Source: Bacteroidota bacterium (GTDB taxonomy: Bacteria; Bacteroidota; Bacteroidia; Cytophagales; Cyclobacteriaceae). Taken from it: a stretch of DNA of 60,788 nt. Both the position numbers and the translations under genes were made by a program. Below the pieces are notes generated by a model, which did no database searches, was not told the DNA's origin, and saw only the letters and a program-made list of their open reading frames with translations. Shown here piece after piece: positions 37,411 to 47,896 of this stretch (its first letter is position 1; each line of letters begins with the position of its first letter). The DNA lies in NCBI GenBank assembly GCA_024643595.1, contig JAHEMS010000001.1, positions 1-60,788 of the forward strand, given 5' to 3'.

Positions 37411-39387
37411 TCAATATGCCATTAAGTCTTCAATAGCGTTCTTGATTCTTCCTTTTGGTAAGAAATTGTTCTCCAATGTGGAAGCAAAAGGAATAGGGGT
37501 GTCAAAACTCGCCACTCTTTTTACCGGGGCATCCAAAAACGAAAACAAATGTTCACTAATCCATGCAGCCATCTCAGCGCCAATTCCACCAGTGAGGGTG
37601 TCCTCATGAAGCACCATTACGCGATTTGTTTTCTTTACAGTTTTTGTTACGGCATCTTTATCCCATGGAAGCAAGGTTCGAAGATCAAGAATATCAGCCT
37701 TCAATTCGGGCATACCATTAACAATTTCTTTTGCCCAATGCACGCCCATACCATAAGTAATAATCGATATATCATCCCCTTCATTGACCAGCTTTGCCTT
37801 GCCGATTTCTATGGTATAATATTCATCAGGTATTTGGTCTTTCGCTGATCGGTACAAAACTTTATGTTCAAAATAGAGATAAGGATTTGGGTCTTCCAGC
37901 GCAGCACAGAGTAGCCCTTTGGCATCGTAAGGGTTGGAGGGATAGACAATCTTTAAACCGGGTGTATGAAAAAACCAGGCTTCATTACTCTGACTGTGAA
38001 ATGGACCTGCCGCAGTGCCGGCACCTGTTGGAATTCGGATTACAACATCGGCTGACTGACCCCAGCGCCAATGAATTTTAGCAAGGTTGTTAATAATCTG
38101 GTTGAACCCCTCTGTAACGAAATCGGCAAATTGCATCTCCACCATTGCTTTCATGCCATTGATGGATAGCCCCAGTGCTGCCCCCAGAATGGCCGCTTCA
38201 CAAAGGGGAGTATTGCGCACCCTTTCTTTTCCGAATTTCTCAACGAAGCCTTCTGTAATTTTAAATACTCCGCCATACTCCGCAATATCCTGGCCCATCA
38301 GCACCAGGTTATTATGTTTTTCCATACTCTGATGCAATCCGTCACGGATGGCATCAATGAATCTCTTTTCTGATTTTTTTTCAGTTGGCGATGTTAGCTG
38401 TTGGGTAAATGGAGCATAAACATCATTCAGTTCTATTTCAGTATTTGGTTCTGGTAATTTTTCTTCAAACGCCTTATTCAAATCGATATCGATTTCTTTT
38501 TTGATTTTTTCTCGTAAAGATTGAATGTATGGAGAGTCAATCACTTTTTCTTTAAGAAGATATTTTTCGAAATTTTCTACCGGATCTTTTTTCGCCCATT
38601 GCTCCAATAGTTTTTTCGGCACGTATTTAACGCCTGATGCTTCTTCATGCCCGCGCATTCGGAAGGTGATACATTCAAGTAATATGGGTCTTGGCTTTTT
38701 CCGAATGGATTCTGCAAGCTTTTTGACAGTATCATACATTTCAAGTATGTTATTGCCATCCACCTGCACACCTTCAATCCCATAGCCGATGGCCTTGTCA
38801 ATAAATTGTTTGCATTTGAATTGCTCGGCGCTGGGCGTAGATAATCCATAGCCATTATTTTCAATTACGAAAATGACTGGCAGGTCCCAGACAGCAGCGA
38901 CATTAACGGCTTCATGAAAATCTCCCTGACTCGTGCCCCCGTCTCCATTAAAGACAACTGTAATTTTTTTTTCTCCTTTCAGTTTATCGGCCAGGGCAAT
39001 GCCATCAGCCACACCATTCTGTGGGCCAAGATGTGAGATCATGCCAACTATATGATGTTCTTTCGAGCCAAAATGGAATGAGCGATCCCTTCCTTTGGTA
39101 TAACCCATCATGGTTCCTTGCCATTGAGCAAATAATCGTACAAAAGGGATCTCGCGACTAGTAAATACTCCCAGGTTTCGGTGCATGGGCAGAATGTATT
39201 CATCATCGTTCAAAGCTTGAGTAATGCCCACCGAAATGGCTTCTTGGCCGATGCCACTAAACCATTTGCTGATTCTATTTTGCCGGAGCAGGATGAGCAT
39301 CCTCTCTTCAATCAAACGGGGGCGTAACAACGCCTCATATAAGCTAATAAGCGTTTCATTTGAATATTTCTTTCTTAAGTATTTCAT
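37411..39387 (-). CDS. 2-oxoacid (branched-chain-like) dehydrogenase E1, fused alpha/beta
   Basis: TPP motif GDGG...ENN, RMRGHEE, beta-subunit GQDIAEYGGVF, EMQFADF, HSQS, DLRTL. Confidence 0.92.
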   Translation of the reverse strand: MKYLRKKYSNETLISLYEALLRPRLIEERMLILLRQNRISKWFSGIGQEAISVGITQALNDDEYILPMHRNLGVFTSREIPFVRLFAQWQGTMMGYTKGRDRSFHFGSKEHHIVGMISHLGPQNGVADGIALADKLKGEKKITVVFNGDGGTSQGDFHEAVNVAAVWDLPVIFVIENNGYGLSTPSAEQFKCKQFIDKAIGYGIEGVQVDGNNILEMYDTVKKLAESIRKKPRPILLECITFRMRGHEEASGVKYVPKKLLEQWAKKDPVENFEKYLLKEKVIDSPYIQSLREKIKKEIDIDLNKAFEEKLPEPNTEIELNDVYAPFTQQLTSPTEKKSEKRFIDAIRDGLHQSMEKHNNLVLMGQDIAEYGGVFKITEGFVEKFGKERVRNTPLCEAAILGAALGLSINGMKAMVEMQFADFVTEGFNQIINNLAKIHWRWGQSADVVIRIPTGAGTAAGPFHSQSNEAWFFHTPGLKIVYPSNPYDAKGLLCAALEDPNPYLYFEHKVLYRSAKDQIPDEYYTIEIGKAKLVNEGDDISIITYGMGVHWAKEIVNGMPELKADILDLRTLLPWDKDAVTKTVKKTNRVMVLHEDTLTGGIGAEMAAWISEHLFSFLDAPVKRVASFDTPIPFASTLENNFLPKGRIKNAIEDLMAY

Positions 39388-39625
39388 AGAGATTGAAAAA
39401 CAATAGGCAAGTTAAAATTTAGTATCACGACTTCTATGAAGAATCTATTTCCGCCTCAGATCTCTTTTCATTTCTTAATTAAGTATGCCCGGGCCTATTT
39501 GGGTGATTATAATCAGTATAAAATACTACCCTGGACGGTTGTTCGGAATTCAGGAATACTAATAAATCACGTCCTGAAAGTATAATTGAACTGATGATCG
39601 CCAAGTTTGTTATTTTTGGACATCT

Positions 39626-40864
39626 ATGATTTCATATTCTTCCTTTATTTTGAGTAATGGGTTGCAAGTATTTGTACATGAGGATCCTACGGTGCAAATC
39701 GCAGTCATGAATATTCTGTATGATGTGGGTTCGCGTGATGAGTTACCAGATAAAACGGGGTTTGCTCATCTTTTTGAACACCTCATGTTCGGAGGTTCAG
39801 TAAATATTCCAAATTATGATGAGCCTCTTCAGCGTGTTGGCGGTGAAAACAATGCATTTACGAACACTGATATTACAAATTATTATTTAACTGTGCCTGC
39901 TGCCAATATCGAAACAGGATTTTGGCTTGAAAGTGATCGCATGCTGAGTTTATCGTTTGACCCTCAGGTATTGGAAGTTCAACGCAAGGTAGTCGTTGAG
40001 GAGTTTAAGCAACGTTATCTTAATCAACCCTATGGCGATGTGTGGTTGAAACTGAGGCCTTTAGTATATACCAGGCATCCTTATCAATGGGCCACCATTG
40101 GTAAAGAAATCAATCATATCGAGAACGCAACTCTTGATGATGTAAAGGAATTCTTTTTTAAATATTATGTACCCAATAATGCTATTCTTGTTGTTGCCGG
40201 GAATGTAACCGTAGATGAGGTCAAGCGTCTCTCAGAAAAATGGTTTGGACCTATTGTTGGCCGTAAAAAGACAGAAAGAAAACTTCAGCAGGAACCAATT
40301 CAATTGTGCAAACGAACCCTGGAAGTTAGCGCCAATGTTCCGGCCAATGCGCTTTACAAAGCGTATCATATGCCAGGCAGATTTGATGATGATTTTTTCG
40401 CTTCAGACTTGATGAGTGATATATTAAGCCGAGGAAATTCCAGCCGGCTCTACCATACCCTCGTTCAACAAAAAGAAATTTTCACTTCAATATCTTCATT
40501 TACGATGGGTTCAATTGACCCGGGCTTAATGGTGATTAGCGGAAGGATAAAAGATGGAATACCATTGGCTGACGCGGAGAACGAAATTGATGCGATTCTT
40601 GATGATGTTGTAAACAACGGGGTTACTGAGGCAGAATTGAAAAAGGTTAAAAATCAAGCTATCTCAACTCTTGAGTTTGGAGAAGTAGAAGTTATGAATC
40701 GAGCTATGAACTTGGCTTTTGCAGCCCTTTCTGGGGATGCAGGATTGGTGAACCAGGAGGAGGATAAAATTCATGCCGTTACCACAGATGATATACATCG
40801 GTTGGCAGGTGGTATTTTTGAGGAGCGTAATGGGAGTGTAATGTTTTATAAGGCAGAAAAATAA
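39626..40864 (+). CDS. M16-family zinc peptidase
   Basis: GFAHLFEHLMF (HxxEH), NAFT, ESDRM, HPY; TATTTTTG promoter element at 39611-39618. Confidence 0.92.
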   Translation: MISYSSFILSNGLQVFVHEDPTVQIAVMNILYDVGSRDELPDKTGFAHLFEHLMFGGSVNIPNYDEPLQRVGGENNAFTNTDITNYYLTVPAANIETGFWLESDRMLSLSFDPQVLEVQRKVVVEEFKQRYLNQPYGDVWLKLRPLVYTRHPYQWATIGKEINHIENATLDDVKEFFFKYYVPNNAILVVAGNVTVDEVKRLSEKWFGPIVGRKKTERKLQQEPIQLCKRTLEVSANVPANALYKAYHMPGRFDDDFFASDLMSDILSRGNSSRLYHTLVQQKEIFTSISSFTMGSIDPGLMVISGRIKDGIPLADAENEIDAILDDVVNNGVTEAELKKVKNQAISTLEFGEVEVMNRAMNLAFAALSGDAGLVNQEEDKIHAVTTDDIHRLAGGIFEERNGSVMFYKAEK

Positions 40865-40872
40865 ATTAGTAC

Positions 40873-41352
40873 ATGAAGATTCGCGTTGGTCTTGGTTTTG
40901 ATGTTCATCAACTGGAAGAGGGTCGTGATTTTTTCCTGGGCGGGATAAAAGTCCCCGCTTCAAAAGGGGCTGTAGGTCATTCAGATGCAGATGTGCTTAT
41001 ACATGCTATATGTGATGCATTGTTGGGGGCATCCAATCTGCGCGACATTGGATTTCACTATTCAAACAAAGATCCACGTTGGAGCGGTATGGACAGTAAG
41101 TTTTTTTTACAGGATGTTACACGCTTGTTGGTAGAAAAAGGGTGGGCTATTGAAAACATTGATTGTACTCTTTGTCTGGAAGCGCCCAAAATTAATCCTT
41201 ATATACCTGAGATGAAAAAAGTATTGGCCCCATTAATGAATATCAGCGAAGATGACATTTCCATTAAGGCCACTACGGCAGAACGACTTGGCTATATTGG
41301 TCGTGAGGAAGGTGTCAATGCGTATGCTGTTGCCTTGATAAAAATGGAGTGA
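40873..41352 (+). CDS. ispF: 2-C-methyl-D-erythritol 2,4-cyclodiphosphate synthase
   Basis: GFDVH, GHSDADVLIHAICDA, DIG, KATT.E.LG. Confidence 0.96.
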   Translation: MKIRVGLGFDVHQLEEGRDFFLGGIKVPASKGAVGHSDADVLIHAICDALLGASNLRDIGFHYSNKDPRWSGMDSKFFLQDVTRLLVEKGWAIENIDCTLCLEAPKINPYIPEMKKVLAPLMNISEDDISIKATTAERLGYIGREEGVNAYAVALIKME

Positions 41353-42399
41353 CTATTCCTTCTCATCACTTAAAATTATAGAAAGCGTTTTTAAGGATGC
41401 TGTTCGGTCAGCAACCAGTTTAAGAATGCCTAAAAAAGGGATAAATAAAATCATGCCCGACACCCCCCAAAGGATGGCCCCGGCAAATATTGACATAATA
41501 GTAACCAATGCATTGATCTTCAATCTGCTGCTCACGGCAAGTGGAAAAATAATGTTCGCTTCCAGGTATTGAACAAATGAAAAGATTCCAATTACTCCAA
41601 TCGGATACCAGACTGAATTATAAGTAATCCAAGCCATGGAAATGGGCAAAAGGGAGGCTACTAATATGCCCACATATGGGATGAAGGTAAGCACGGAAGC
41701 AATAAATCCAAACAGGATTGCATGCGGTATACCTAATAGGAATAAACCAGTACTATTGAGGATTCCAACGATCAAATACACCACGAGCATGCCTTTTATA
41801 AAGTTGTGGTAAGATTGAATACTCAACTTAACAATTTCTATTATCCGAGTTCTCCCTTCGTTCGGGAAAATCCGATAGAGTACTTCCATCCATTTATGAC
41901 GGTAATATAAAATCAACACCGAGTAGATCGGGATAAGAATCAACAACACAGCACCAACGGCTGAAGCAGAAATGGTTTTGCTAAGCATTGACATCGCACC
42001 GGTACCTGATTCATTTACAATTTTATCCAACCATTGCAATTGTTTTTCACGGTCAATATTGAAATTTCCACTTAGCCAAAGGCTGATTTCGTCTGCCGCT
42101 CCGGAGACTTTTAATTTCAATTCTGGCCATTCCTGAAAAAAACTAAGTAGTTGATTGATTAATAAATAAAAAAGCAAACCGAAAAGGACAGTGAGAATCG
42201 ATATACTGATGACAATTGCCCCCATTCTTCCAAATTTATGATGCTCAAGCCAAAGGCAAACGGGATATAGAACACAACTGATTAGTATTGCGAAAGAGAG
42301 GGGAATGAAAAGAGTGCTTCCAAAATATAATATGAACGAAATAAAAAGAACATACTGTAATAAAATGAGATGCCGGTTTTGTGGAAGTGTTAGTTTCAT
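41353..42399 (-). CDS. AI-2E family transporter
   Basis: Multi-TM; FIPYVG, QYLEAN, LWGVSGMILFIP. Confidence 0.9.
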   Translation of the reverse strand: MKLTLPQNRHLILLQYVLFISFILYFGSTLFIPLSFAILISCVLYPVCLWLEHHKFGRMGAIVISISILTVLFGLLFYLLINQLLSFFQEWPELKLKVSGAADEISLWLSGNFNIDREKQLQWLDKIVNESGTGAMSMLSKTISASAVGAVLLILIPIYSVLILYYRHKWMEVLYRIFPNEGRTRIIEIVKLSIQSYHNFIKGMLVVYLIVGILNSTGLFLLGIPHAILFGFIASVLTFIPYVGILVASLLPISMAWITYNSVWYPIGVIGIFSFVQYLEANIIFPLAVSSRLKINALVTIMSIFAGAILWGVSGMILFIPFLGILKLVADRTASLKTLSIILSDEKE

Positions 42400-42463
42400 A
42401 ACATATTAAAGATAATATTTAGCATGTATATTACTTCAAAATATAACATGACTTAAATCAGAT

Positions 42464-43126
42464 TTGAGCGAGATAGAAATTTTTGTTACGGGTGACGGCA
42501 GTCATTCACTGTTCAATGAAAGGCTAAATGAAACCTATCATTCACGCCATGGTGCTGTACAAGAATCGCAGCATGTCTTCATCGAACAAGGATTGAATTA
42601 CCTGGTTGAAAAAAAGCATTTGCATGCTGTTTCTATTCTTGAGGTGGGATTTGGCACTGGCCTCAATGCATTATTAACGCTAAATGAAGGAATTAAGAAA
42701 AATCTTTCGGTTGCCTATACCGCCCTTGAAACATTTCCCATACAACAAGAAATATGGATTGTATTGAACTACCCGGATAACAATAATTTATTCCAAAAGC
42801 TTCATCTGTTGAAATGGCATATGTGGGATGAGATTAGTTCAAATTTTAGATTATTGAAACTTAAAAAGCCGTTGCAGGATGTTGAACTAGAATCACAGCA
42901 GTTTGATTTGATTTATTTTGATGCCTTTGCACCCAATAAGCAACCTGAATTATGGAATTTACAAATAATCACAAAGGTGGTGAGCCTGATAAAATCCGGA
43001 GGTGTATTTGTTACGTATTGTGCAAAAGGACAATTGAAGCGCGACTTGAAATCTCTTGGCTTGATAGTAGAATCGTTACCGGGCCCTCCGGGCAAACGGG
43101 AGATGGTCAGGGCGAGTAAACCATAA
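42464..43126 (+). CDS. mnmD: tRNA mnm5s2U34 methyltransferase, stand-alone MnmC N-terminal domain
   Basis: TGDGSHSL, YHSRHGA, EVGFGTGLN, YFDAFAP, TYCA, GPPGKREM. Confidence 0.92.
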   Translation: MSEIEIFVTGDGSHSLFNERLNETYHSRHGAVQESQHVFIEQGLNYLVEKKHLHAVSILEVGFGTGLNALLTLNEGIKKNLSVAYTALETFPIQQEIWIVLNYPDNNNLFQKLHLLKWHMWDEISSNFRLLKLKKPLQDVELESQQFDLIYFDAFAPNKQPELWNLQIITKVVSLIKSGGVFVTYCAKGQLKRDLKSLGLIVESLPGPPGKREMVRASKP

Positions 43127-43182
43127 TTCTTTTGAATGTTTAAATCCCTATTTTTACGCGTTAAATTCTAAAATCCGAGACA

Positions 43183-44055
43183 GTGAAAAAAGTAAGAATC
43201 GGTACGGTGCAAATGAGTTGTACTGAGGAGCCAAAACAAAATCTTGAAAAGGCGATTCAAAAAGTAATTGAAGCGGCCGCAGGAGGTGCTCAAATTGTTT
43301 GTTTACAGGAGTTGTTTACTTCCCTTTACTTCTGTGATGTAGAGGATTATGAGAATTTCAAATTGGCAGAGGCAATACCCGGCCCATCTACCGATGCGCT
43401 TTCAAAGGTCGCCAAAGAGTTGGGTGTGGTTATCATTGCTTCCCTTTTTGAAAAACGTGCGGAAGGCCTTTATCATAATACCACTGCGGTGATCGACGCA
43501 GATGGGAGTTATCTTGGCAAGTATAGAAAAATGCATATTCCAGACGATCCGGCCTATTATGAAAAATTTTATTTTACTCCCGGTGATTTAGGATATAAGG
43601 TTTTCAAAACCAGATTTGCCACTATCGGTGTGCTTATTTGCTGGGATCAATGGTATCCGGAAGCTGCGCGAATCACCTCCTTGATGGGGGCGGAAATATT
43701 ATTTTATCCTACAGCTATCGGTTGGGCAACTTCTCAGGATGAAGCCACTAATACCGAGCAATATAATGCCTGGCAAACTATTCAACGCAGTCATTCAGTG
43801 GCTAATGGCGTGCATGTGGTAAGTGTAAATCGAGTTGGTTTAGAGCAGCATGGAGCCATGAAATTCTGGGGCGGAACATTTATAACCAATCCCTTTGGAA
43901 GCATCTTATATAAAGCATCACATGACAATGAAGAAATAAATGTTTTGGAGATCGATCTAAAAATGACCGACAATTACCGTACCCATTGGCCATTTCTTCG
44001 CGATCGCAGAATTGATTCTTATCAACCCATTACAAAAAGATATATAGACGAATAA
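43183..44055 (+). CDS. aguB: Carbon-nitrogen hydrolase, N-carbamoylputrescine amidase-like
   Basis: Glu-Lys-Cys triad (LQELF, YRKMHIP, ICWDQW), YPTAIG; adjacent to agmatine deiminase. Confidence 0.85.
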   Translation: MKKVRIGTVQMSCTEEPKQNLEKAIQKVIEAAAGGAQIVCLQELFTSLYFCDVEDYENFKLAEAIPGPSTDALSKVAKELGVVIIASLFEKRAEGLYHNTTAVIDADGSYLGKYRKMHIPDDPAYYEKFYFTPGDLGYKVFKTRFATIGVLICWDQWYPEAARITSLMGAEILFYPTAIGWATSQDEATNTEQYNAWQTIQRSHSVANGVHVVSVNRVGLEQHGAMKFWGGTFITNPFGSILYKASHDNEEINVLEIDLKMTDNYRTHWPFLRDRRIDSYQPITKRYIDE

Positions 44056-44120
44056 ATTCAATATTTAAGATTCAATATAAACATTGAACCCTCTTGAATT
44101 TGAATACTAAATTTTGAATT
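44055..44120. repeat. Heptamer-periodic imperfect inverted repeat
   Basis: AATTCAA-TATTTAA-GATTCAA (44055-44075) pairs with TTGAATA-CTAAATT-TTGAATT (44100-44120), 18 of 21 positions. Confidence 0.7.
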
Positions 44121-44124
44121 TCGA

Positions 44125-45159
44125 ATGACACCGAAAGAACAAGGGTACTATTTCCCTGCAGAATTTGCTAAACATTCCGCCACCTGGCTTAGCTGGCCAC
44201 ATAAAGAAGAGTCATGGCCCGGCAAGATTGAATCGATTTATCCGGTATATGCTGAATTTATTAAACGCCTTGCAGAAGGGGAGAAGGTTAATATCAATAT
44301 ATTGAATGAAAGCCTGAAGCAAAGAGCCGTAAGTTATTTGCAAAGCGCTGAAGCAAATCTTGCCCAAATTGACTTCTTCTTTCATCCTACAAACGATGCC
44401 TGGTGTCGTGATCATGGTCCTGCTTTTTTAATCAACCCCATAGAGAAAAAGAAAATGATTGTAGATTGGGGCTACAATGCATGGGGAGGCAAATATCCGC
44501 CATTTGATCTTGATGATGTAATCCCGACCCTTATTGCAAATCAATTAAATATTCCGGTAGTCTATCCAGGTATTGTAATGGAGGGCGGCTCTGTTGAATT
44601 TAATGGAAGAGGGACTTTGCTGACCACAAAAGCATGTTTGCTAAACCCTAATCGTAACCCCCACCTAAATCAAGCCCAGATCGAAGAGTATTTATTCAGC
44701 TATTATGGTGTAACCAATATCCTTTGGCTTGGTGATGGTATAGTCGGTGATGATACGGATGGCCATATTGATGATCTTACCCGTTTTGTAAACGAAGATA
44801 CGGTAGTTACCATAGTGGAATCCAACAAGCAGGATGAGAATTATGAGCTGCTTCAGGAAAACTTTAAAATGCTACATACTTTGAGACTGGAAAATGGCAA
44901 GCAAATGAACATTGTTGAATTGCCTATGCCATCTGCAGTTTTTTATGAGGATATGCGGCTACCGGCTTCCTACGCAAATTTTTATATTGGCAACAAGTAT
45001 GTGATTGTCCCAACATTTCGAGATAAAAATGATGATCGTGCTTTAGATATTCTTCAGGGGTGTTTTTCAGACAGAAAAGTGATTGGACTTGATTCTACTG
45101 ATATTATCTGGGGTCTGGGGTCATTCCATTGTTTGAGTCAGCAAGAACCCGTAGTTTGA
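44125..45159 (+). CDS. aguA: Agmatine deiminase family protein
   Basis: PAEF, WCRDHGP, EGGS, DDTDGHID, SYANF, GSFHCLSQQ. Confidence 0.9.
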   Translation: MTPKEQGYYFPAEFAKHSATWLSWPHKEESWPGKIESIYPVYAEFIKRLAEGEKVNINILNESLKQRAVSYLQSAEANLAQIDFFFHPTNDAWCRDHGPAFLINPIEKKKMIVDWGYNAWGGKYPPFDLDDVIPTLIANQLNIPVVYPGIVMEGGSVEFNGRGTLLTTKACLLNPNRNPHLNQAQIEEYLFSYYGVTNILWLGDGIVGDDTDGHIDDLTRFVNEDTVVTIVESNKQDENYELLQENFKMLHTLRLENGKQMNIVELPMPSAVFYEDMRLPASYANFYIGNKYVIVPTFRDKNDDRALDILQGCFSDRKVIGLDSTDIIWGLGSFHCLSQQEPVV

Positions 45160-45198
45160 TACTATTCTTCACGTTATATTTAGAAAATCTTTACTTCT

Positions 45199-47889
45199 TT
45201 GACCCGATACATTCTGCTCTTGGTTATCCTGGGATACTCCTGTGCAACTATTGCGCAGGAAAGGGTTGACAGTAAATCGGTATCTATAGAAAAAGATCAG
45301 CCGCTCCTTGATTTTCTCTCGTCAATTGAGTCCCGTTCTGCAATTCGATTCTTTTATATGGAGGATTGGCTATTCCCTTTTACCGTAAAAAGTGCATTAA
45401 GTGGATTATCGTTGAAAGCGGTATTATCAACGGTACTTGAGGATTCAGAGATTAGTGTAATTTTTCTTAATGATTATTCAGTTATTTTTTATAAAGATCC
45501 TCACCGTGAATTAGAACGTGAAGCAATAGTCGAAACGGCAATTTCAAAAAAAATTAAAGTTGATCGGCTAACATTGGGCTCACTAAAATCAAATCCTTCG
45601 GGAAGAACAATAAACTTGCAGGGCACGGTGAAGGACAAGGAAAGTCAAAACCCAATTGCGGGAGCGACGGTTTATGTAAACGATCTTAATATAAGTGCAC
45701 AGACTAATGCAAATGGGGAATTTCAAATAGTGATGCCAGGCGGAGAATATATTCTAAGCTTTCGTTTTTTAAATTATGAGGAGAAACTCATCGTCGCCAG
45801 TGTTTACGAAAGTGGCGAAGTCAATATAGAGTTAGAAGAATCTCCTACCACGCTCGAAGAGGTAATTATAACAGATCAGTCCATTGTTGAAAAACGCATT
45901 GGGCAAACTTCTATTAGCATGATTGATATTAGCCGCTCGCCTTCTTTTTTAGGAGAGATGGATGTTATCAAATCCTTACAAACGCAGTCAGGTGTATCAG
46001 CGGTAAGCGAAGTAAGTACTGGATATAATGTGAGAGGAGGTGGCGTTGACCAGAATTTGGTGCTCTATGATGGAGTACCCATATTTAACACTTCTCACGC
46101 ACTCGGTTTTTTTTCAGCTTTCAATGCGGAAGCAATTAAGGAAACCTCCTTCTTTAAAGGAGGTATCCCTGCCGAATATGGAGGAAGGGTATCTTCCGTG
46201 TTAAGCATGACTTCCAAAGAAGGTAATTATCAAAATTGGAATGGCAACTTTGGAATAGGATTCGTATCCAGCAATTTTGCAGTGGGGGGTCCGATTAAAA
46301 AAGACACCAGCAGTCTCATCATATCATTTCGATCCACCTATTCAGACTGGATTCTGAATTTTCTTCAAAAAGGATATCAAGATATTGAGAAAAGTTCGGT
46401 CGCTTTTTATGACGGGTCGATCAAATATGGACAGAAATTGAAAAATGGAGGTAAGCTTACTGTATCTTCTTATTTCAGTAACGATAAATTTCAGCTTGCT
46501 ACAGATACCATTAACCATTGGCAAAATCTTGCCTTGGGTGTTCGATATGATAATTCATTGGGTAGTAAATACTACTATAGTCTTGGGTTAAATATTGGGC
46601 GATACGCCTATCAACTCAACAAAAATGATCCCGCCACCGCATTTGAACTAGGATATAGTATTTTTTATCCTTCTATTAAATTTGATGTAAACAGAGATGG
46701 CTTACATAAACAGTCTTTTGGATTTCAATCGACATTCTACAATTTCAGACCTGGAGAATTAAGGGTAACCTCAGATCAATCCAATAGCAGGGATGTTACC
46801 ATGCCCAATGAACGATCCGCAGAATCGGCCATTTATTTCAGTGACTCATTTTTTTGGAAGGAGCGTTTGAACATTGATGCTGGACTAAGACTTACCATGT
46901 ACAATCGATTTGGACCTGGTTGGGTGTATGGTTATCAGCCAGGATCGCCATTAGAACCAAGGGCGGTGGTTGATTCTACCTATTATGCGGCAGGAGAATT
47001 GATGAAAACCTATGGAGGAGTTGAGCCACGTCTTTCTTTGCGCTATTCGGTTAGCAGGCAGTCTTCCATAAAGCTGGGATACAACAGAATATATCAATTT
47101 GTGCATCTTGTCTCCAACACAGCTTCCGTGACACCCGTGGATATCTGGCAATCCAGCAATACTTTCTTTAAGCCACAAATAGCAGATCAATTATCATTAG
47201 GCTATTTCCGGAATTCCAAAGAAGGGATTTGGCAAGGCTTTGTGGAAGTATTTTATAAACATATCCAGAATGTTCTCGATTTTAAGGATGGGGCAAATCT
47301 TATTTTGAATCCAAAATTAGAGACGGCATTACTAAGCGGGGTTGGAAAATCATATGGTGCCGAATTCACACTGAGTAAAGTTAAGGGGAAATTTGAGACT
47401 GAAATTAACTATACTTATTCAAGATCATTAAGAGTTGTCAATGGAATTTTTGATATCGAAAAGATTAATAATGGGAAAGTTTATCCCTCTAACTATGATC
47501 AGCCACATATCTTCAATTTCACTTGGAGATATTCATTGGCCAGAAATGTATTCTTCTCGGGACTTTTCACCTATCGTACGGGTCGGCCCATTTCAATCCC
47601 ATTGGCAGCTTACGAAATAAATTCATCTCCGATTATTGATTTCTCTAATCGTAATAATTATCGCCTGGCAAATTATCACCGCCTTGATATCGCATTGGTT
47701 ATCGAAGGAAGTAACAAGAAAAATAAACGAGCGAGGAGTCAGTGGGCTATTTCGATTTATAATGTTTATGGAAGAAGAAATCCATACTCAGCGTATTTTG
47801 ATTACAATGTGGGAGGGGCAGTAAAGCCATACCAGATATCGTTAATCGGTGTACCCGTGCCATCTTTCACTTACGGGATAAAATTTTAA
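45199..47889 (+). CDS. TonB-dependent receptor with CarboxypepD_reg-like domain
   Basis: GTVKD...GATV domain, plug NVRGGGVDQN, YGGRVSSV, barrel ending YNVYGRRN...SFTYGIKF. Confidence 0.93.
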   Translation: MTRYILLLVILGYSCATIAQERVDSKSVSIEKDQPLLDFLSSIESRSAIRFFYMEDWLFPFTVKSALSGLSLKAVLSTVLEDSEISVIFLNDYSVIFYKDPHRELEREAIVETAISKKIKVDRLTLGSLKSNPSGRTINLQGTVKDKESQNPIAGATVYVNDLNISAQTNANGEFQIVMPGGEYILSFRFLNYEEKLIVASVYESGEVNIELEESPTTLEEVIITDQSIVEKRIGQTSISMIDISRSPSFLGEMDVIKSLQTQSGVSAVSEVSTGYNVRGGGVDQNLVLYDGVPIFNTSHALGFFSAFNAEAIKETSFFKGGIPAEYGGRVSSVLSMTSKEGNYQNWNGNFGIGFVSSNFAVGGPIKKDTSSLIISFRSTYSDWILNFLQKGYQDIEKSSVAFYDGSIKYGQKLKNGGKLTVSSYFSNDKFQLATDTINHWQNLALGVRYDNSLGSKYYYSLGLNIGRYAYQLNKNDPATAFELGYSIFYPSIKFDVNRDGLHKQSFGFQSTFYNFRPGELRVTSDQSNSRDVTMPNERSAESAIYFSDSFFWKERLNIDAGLRLTMYNRFGPGWVYGYQPGSPLEPRAVVDSTYYAAGELMKTYGGVEPRLSLRYSVSRQSSIKLGYNRIYQFVHLVSNTASVTPVDIWQSSNTFFKPQIADQLSLGYFRNSKEGIWQGFVEVFYKHIQNVLDFKDGANLILNPKLETALLSGVGKSYGAEFTLSKVKGKFETEINYTYSRSLRVVNGIFDIEKINNGKVYPSNYDQPHIFNFTWRYSLARNVFFSGLFTYRTGRPISIPLAAYEINSSPIIDFSNRNNYRLANYHRLDIALVIEGSNKKNKRARSQWAISIYNVYGRRNPYSAYFDYNVGGAVKPYQISLIGVPVPSFTYGIKF

Positions 47890-47896
47890 CAACCAG

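Noticed and set aside
39436-39585. 49-aa ORF (MKNLFPPQ...) in the gap between the E1 dehydrogenase and M16 genes
   Set aside because: No recognisable motif; lies in a divergent promoter region.
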